NCBI GenBank assembly: GCA_038128265.1
Contig: JAYPJE010000018.1
Coordinates: 1 to 64,000 of the forward strand
DNA from: Gemmatimonadota bacterium
GTDB taxonomy: Bacteria; Latescibacterota; UBA2968; UBA8231
Direction of reading: 5' to 3'
Length of the DNA: 64,000 bases
Position numbers and translations under genes: made by a program. Shown piece by piece: positions 62,447 to 64,000 of this stretch; within the stretch, counting starts at the first letter, position 1; each line of letters opens with the position of its first letter. Under the pieces are notes generated by a model. It saw only the letters and a program-made list of their open reading frames with translations. It made no database searches and was not told where the DNA came from.

Positions 62447-63817
62447 ATGAGCGAACAAGTGGGCGCAATAATTGATGAAGGGCTGAGCGACTGGCAGATC
62501 GTCCAACAGAACGCTGAGGGCATCGGCACCGTAGCATTGAAGGGCCGCTGGGTTGGCAGCACGCAATGCGTCGTAGAAGTGCGCGTTGCCGCCGCGCAAA
62601 CCGGCGTATCCATCGTCGACTGGCAGCCGACCGAATCGAATGGAAACGGCACCTGGACCACCGCTCTGCGCGTGCCCGCCGGCGGTCTCTACCGCCTGGA
62701 GACGCGCCTGCGCGGCCCGGACAACGCGGCCGGCGAATGGTCACCGCGCGGCGACATGCGCCATTTCTGGGGCGTCGGCGACCTGTGGGTTATCGCTGGA
62801 CAGAGCAACTCGGCCGGCTACGGTCGCGGTCCCTATGAAGACCCGCCGGAGCTGGGCGTACACCTATTCCGCAATAGCGAAACATGGGCACTGGCCAGCC
62901 ATCCGATGAACGAGTCGACCGATACACGGCACCCCGTTAACCGCGAGGGGGGCAACCCCGGGCACTCGCCCTACCTGCAGTTTGGCCGCCTGCTGCAGCG
63001 CGCGCTGCACTACCCCATAGGCTTGGTGCAGACTTCGCTGGGCGGTTCGCCGCTAACGCGCTGGAATCCGCGCGAGGAGGGACCGGCCGACCTGTTCGAC
63101 AATATGGTTCAGTGCGTAGAGAAAACGGGCGGCGCGCGCGGCATTCTCTGGTATCAGGGCGAAAGCGATGCCGGTGCGCAGGCGGTGGCCGAATCCTACG
63201 CTCGGCGCTTTGCCGACGCCGTATCCGCCTGGCGAGAAGCGCTGCACGACGCGCAGCTGCCCGTGCTCACCGTGCAGCTCAACCGCGTCTTCGGCCGAGC
63301 CGAGCCGGGACCAGACCGCTGGTGGACGCAGGTGCGCCAAGCCCAGCGCCAGGTGGCCCAAACGGTCGAAGGCGTCGCCGTGGTATCTACGCTCGACCTG
63401 CCGCTATCCGATCTGATTCACACGAGTCCGGCCGGTAATATGCTGCTCGGCGAACGGCTGGCGCGCGCGGCCCTGGACGCGGTCTACCGCTGTGCGCCCA
63501 ACCACCAGGCGCCCGACCTCGAGCGCGCCGAGCGGGCAGAAGCCCAGCGCGTTGTCCTGCACTTTGCCAACGTGCACAGCCGTATGGACTGCATCGATGA
63601 GGGAGCCAACTGCTTTCGCGTGGAAGACGACGGGGGCGAAGTCGCCATCGAAGCCGTGCGCAGACCAATGGACGCCACCATCGAACTCATCCTGGGCAGA
63701 CCGCTGCAGGGCCGTGCCCGCGTGCACGGGGGCTGGGGCACCAATCCCCAAATCGCGCCCATGGACATGGAGCGCTTTGTTCCCATGCTGGGATTTTACG
63801 GCGCAGAAATCGAATAA
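62447..63817 (+). CDS. Sialate O-acetylesterase-like SGNH carbohydrate esterase (SASA domain)
   Basis: 'GDLWVIAGQSNS', 'GILWYQGESD', 'SDLIH' (DxxH). Confidence 0.87.
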   Translation: MSEQVGAIIDEGLSDWQIVQQNAEGIGTVALKGRWVGSTQCVVEVRVAAAQTGVSIVDWQPTESNGNGTWTTALRVPAGGLYRLETRLRGPDNAAGEWSPRGDMRHFWGVGDLWVIAGQSNSAGYGRGPYEDPPELGVHLFRNSETWALASHPMNESTDTRHPVNREGGNPGHSPYLQFGRLLQRALHYPIGLVQTSLGGSPLTRWNPREEGPADLFDNMVQCVEKTGGARGILWYQGESDAGAQAVAESYARRFADAVSAWREALHDAQLPVLTVQLNRVFGRAEPGPDRWWTQVRQAQRQVAQTVEGVAVVSTLDLPLSDLIHTSPAGNMLLGERLARAALDAVYRCAPNHQAPDLERAERAEAQRVVLHFANVHSRMDCIDEGANCFRVEDDGGEVAIEAVRRPMDATIELILGRPLQGRARVHGGWGTNPQIAPMDMERFVPMLGFYGAEIE

Positions 63818-63847
63818 TAACGCAGCTGGTCGAGGGAAGATACCGCC

Positions 63848-64000
63848 ATGTTCTACGCGCTGTTGGTCACGACATTCCTGCTCGCTTCGCTGGTATCGTT
63901 TCTCGCGGTGCGTTTTTTCGATCGGCCGATTGGCGCCATTCTCGAACGCATCATCGGCGATGATATCAGTTCGGCCTGGCATCGCTACATCAAATTCGCA
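63848..64000 (+). CDS. Hypothetical membrane protein, N-terminal fragment (runs off window)
   Basis: My translation: MFYALLVTTFLLASLVSFLAVRFFDRPIGAILERIIGDDISSAWHRYIKFA. No stop before the window end; GAGGGAAG upstream. Confidence 0.7.
   Translation, partial: MFYALLVTTFLLASLVSFLAVRFFDRPIGAILERIIGDDISSAWHRYIKFA

Noticed and set aside
62341..62661. N-terminal extension of the aldo/keto reductase ORF
   Set aside because: Overlaps the divergent esterase gene; ATG 62340 has an AGGAG RBS and a typical AKR N-terminus.
1..64000. CRISPR arrays, tRNA/rRNA genes, reverse transcriptase or diversity-generating retroelement near the variable surface genes
   Set aside because: By eye I found no regularly spaced direct repeats, RNA gene signatures, RT motifs or near-identical template/variable repeat pairs. 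A self dot-plot and Rfam scan would be needed to exclude subtle cases.

Overview
GC-rich, gene-dense bacterial chromosomal segment of a diderm organism (lipoproteins, TonB-dependent receptor). The gene content suggests an FCB-superphylum lineage such as Ca. Latescibacterota, which is an inference. The dominant feature is two paralogous, convergently oriented cell-surface gene cassettes: A at 7207-20712 (+) and B at 40031-56392 (-). Both have the same order and the same stop/start overlaps: (1) secreted double discoidin-like protein with a C-terminal 'TPNGDGxND...WDG...G.Y' sorting-like domain; (2) ~900-aa protein with Asp/Asn-rich calcium-loop motifs and a beta-strand-rich C-terminus, subfamily X; (3) second discoidin/CTD protein; (4) ~900-aa subfamily Y protein; (5) internalin-like LRR lipoprotein; (6) third discoidin/CTD protein. 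Cassette B carries an extra LRR+CTD pair. I do not recognise this arrangement as a named system, and it is the best candidate for an undescribed surface display, secretion or ligand-capture machine. Between the cassettes lies a catabolic region with two atypical sugar ABC transporters, sulfatase, GHL10 lipoprotein, esterase, amidohydrolase, C-N hydrolase, oxidoreductase and PhyH dioxygenase. The left flank has an SDR, an orphan family-5 binding protein, a D-2-hydroxyacid dehydrogenase, an MNT-HEPN pair and a TetM-like GTPase. The right flank has an RsmB/NOP2 methyltransferase, a YncD/PqqU-like TonB-dependent receptor, a SAM methyltransferase, an aldo/keto reductase and a sialate O-acetylesterase-like protein. 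I saw no rRNA, tRNA, CRISPR array or transposase. All family calls come from motif recognition by eye, not database searches.
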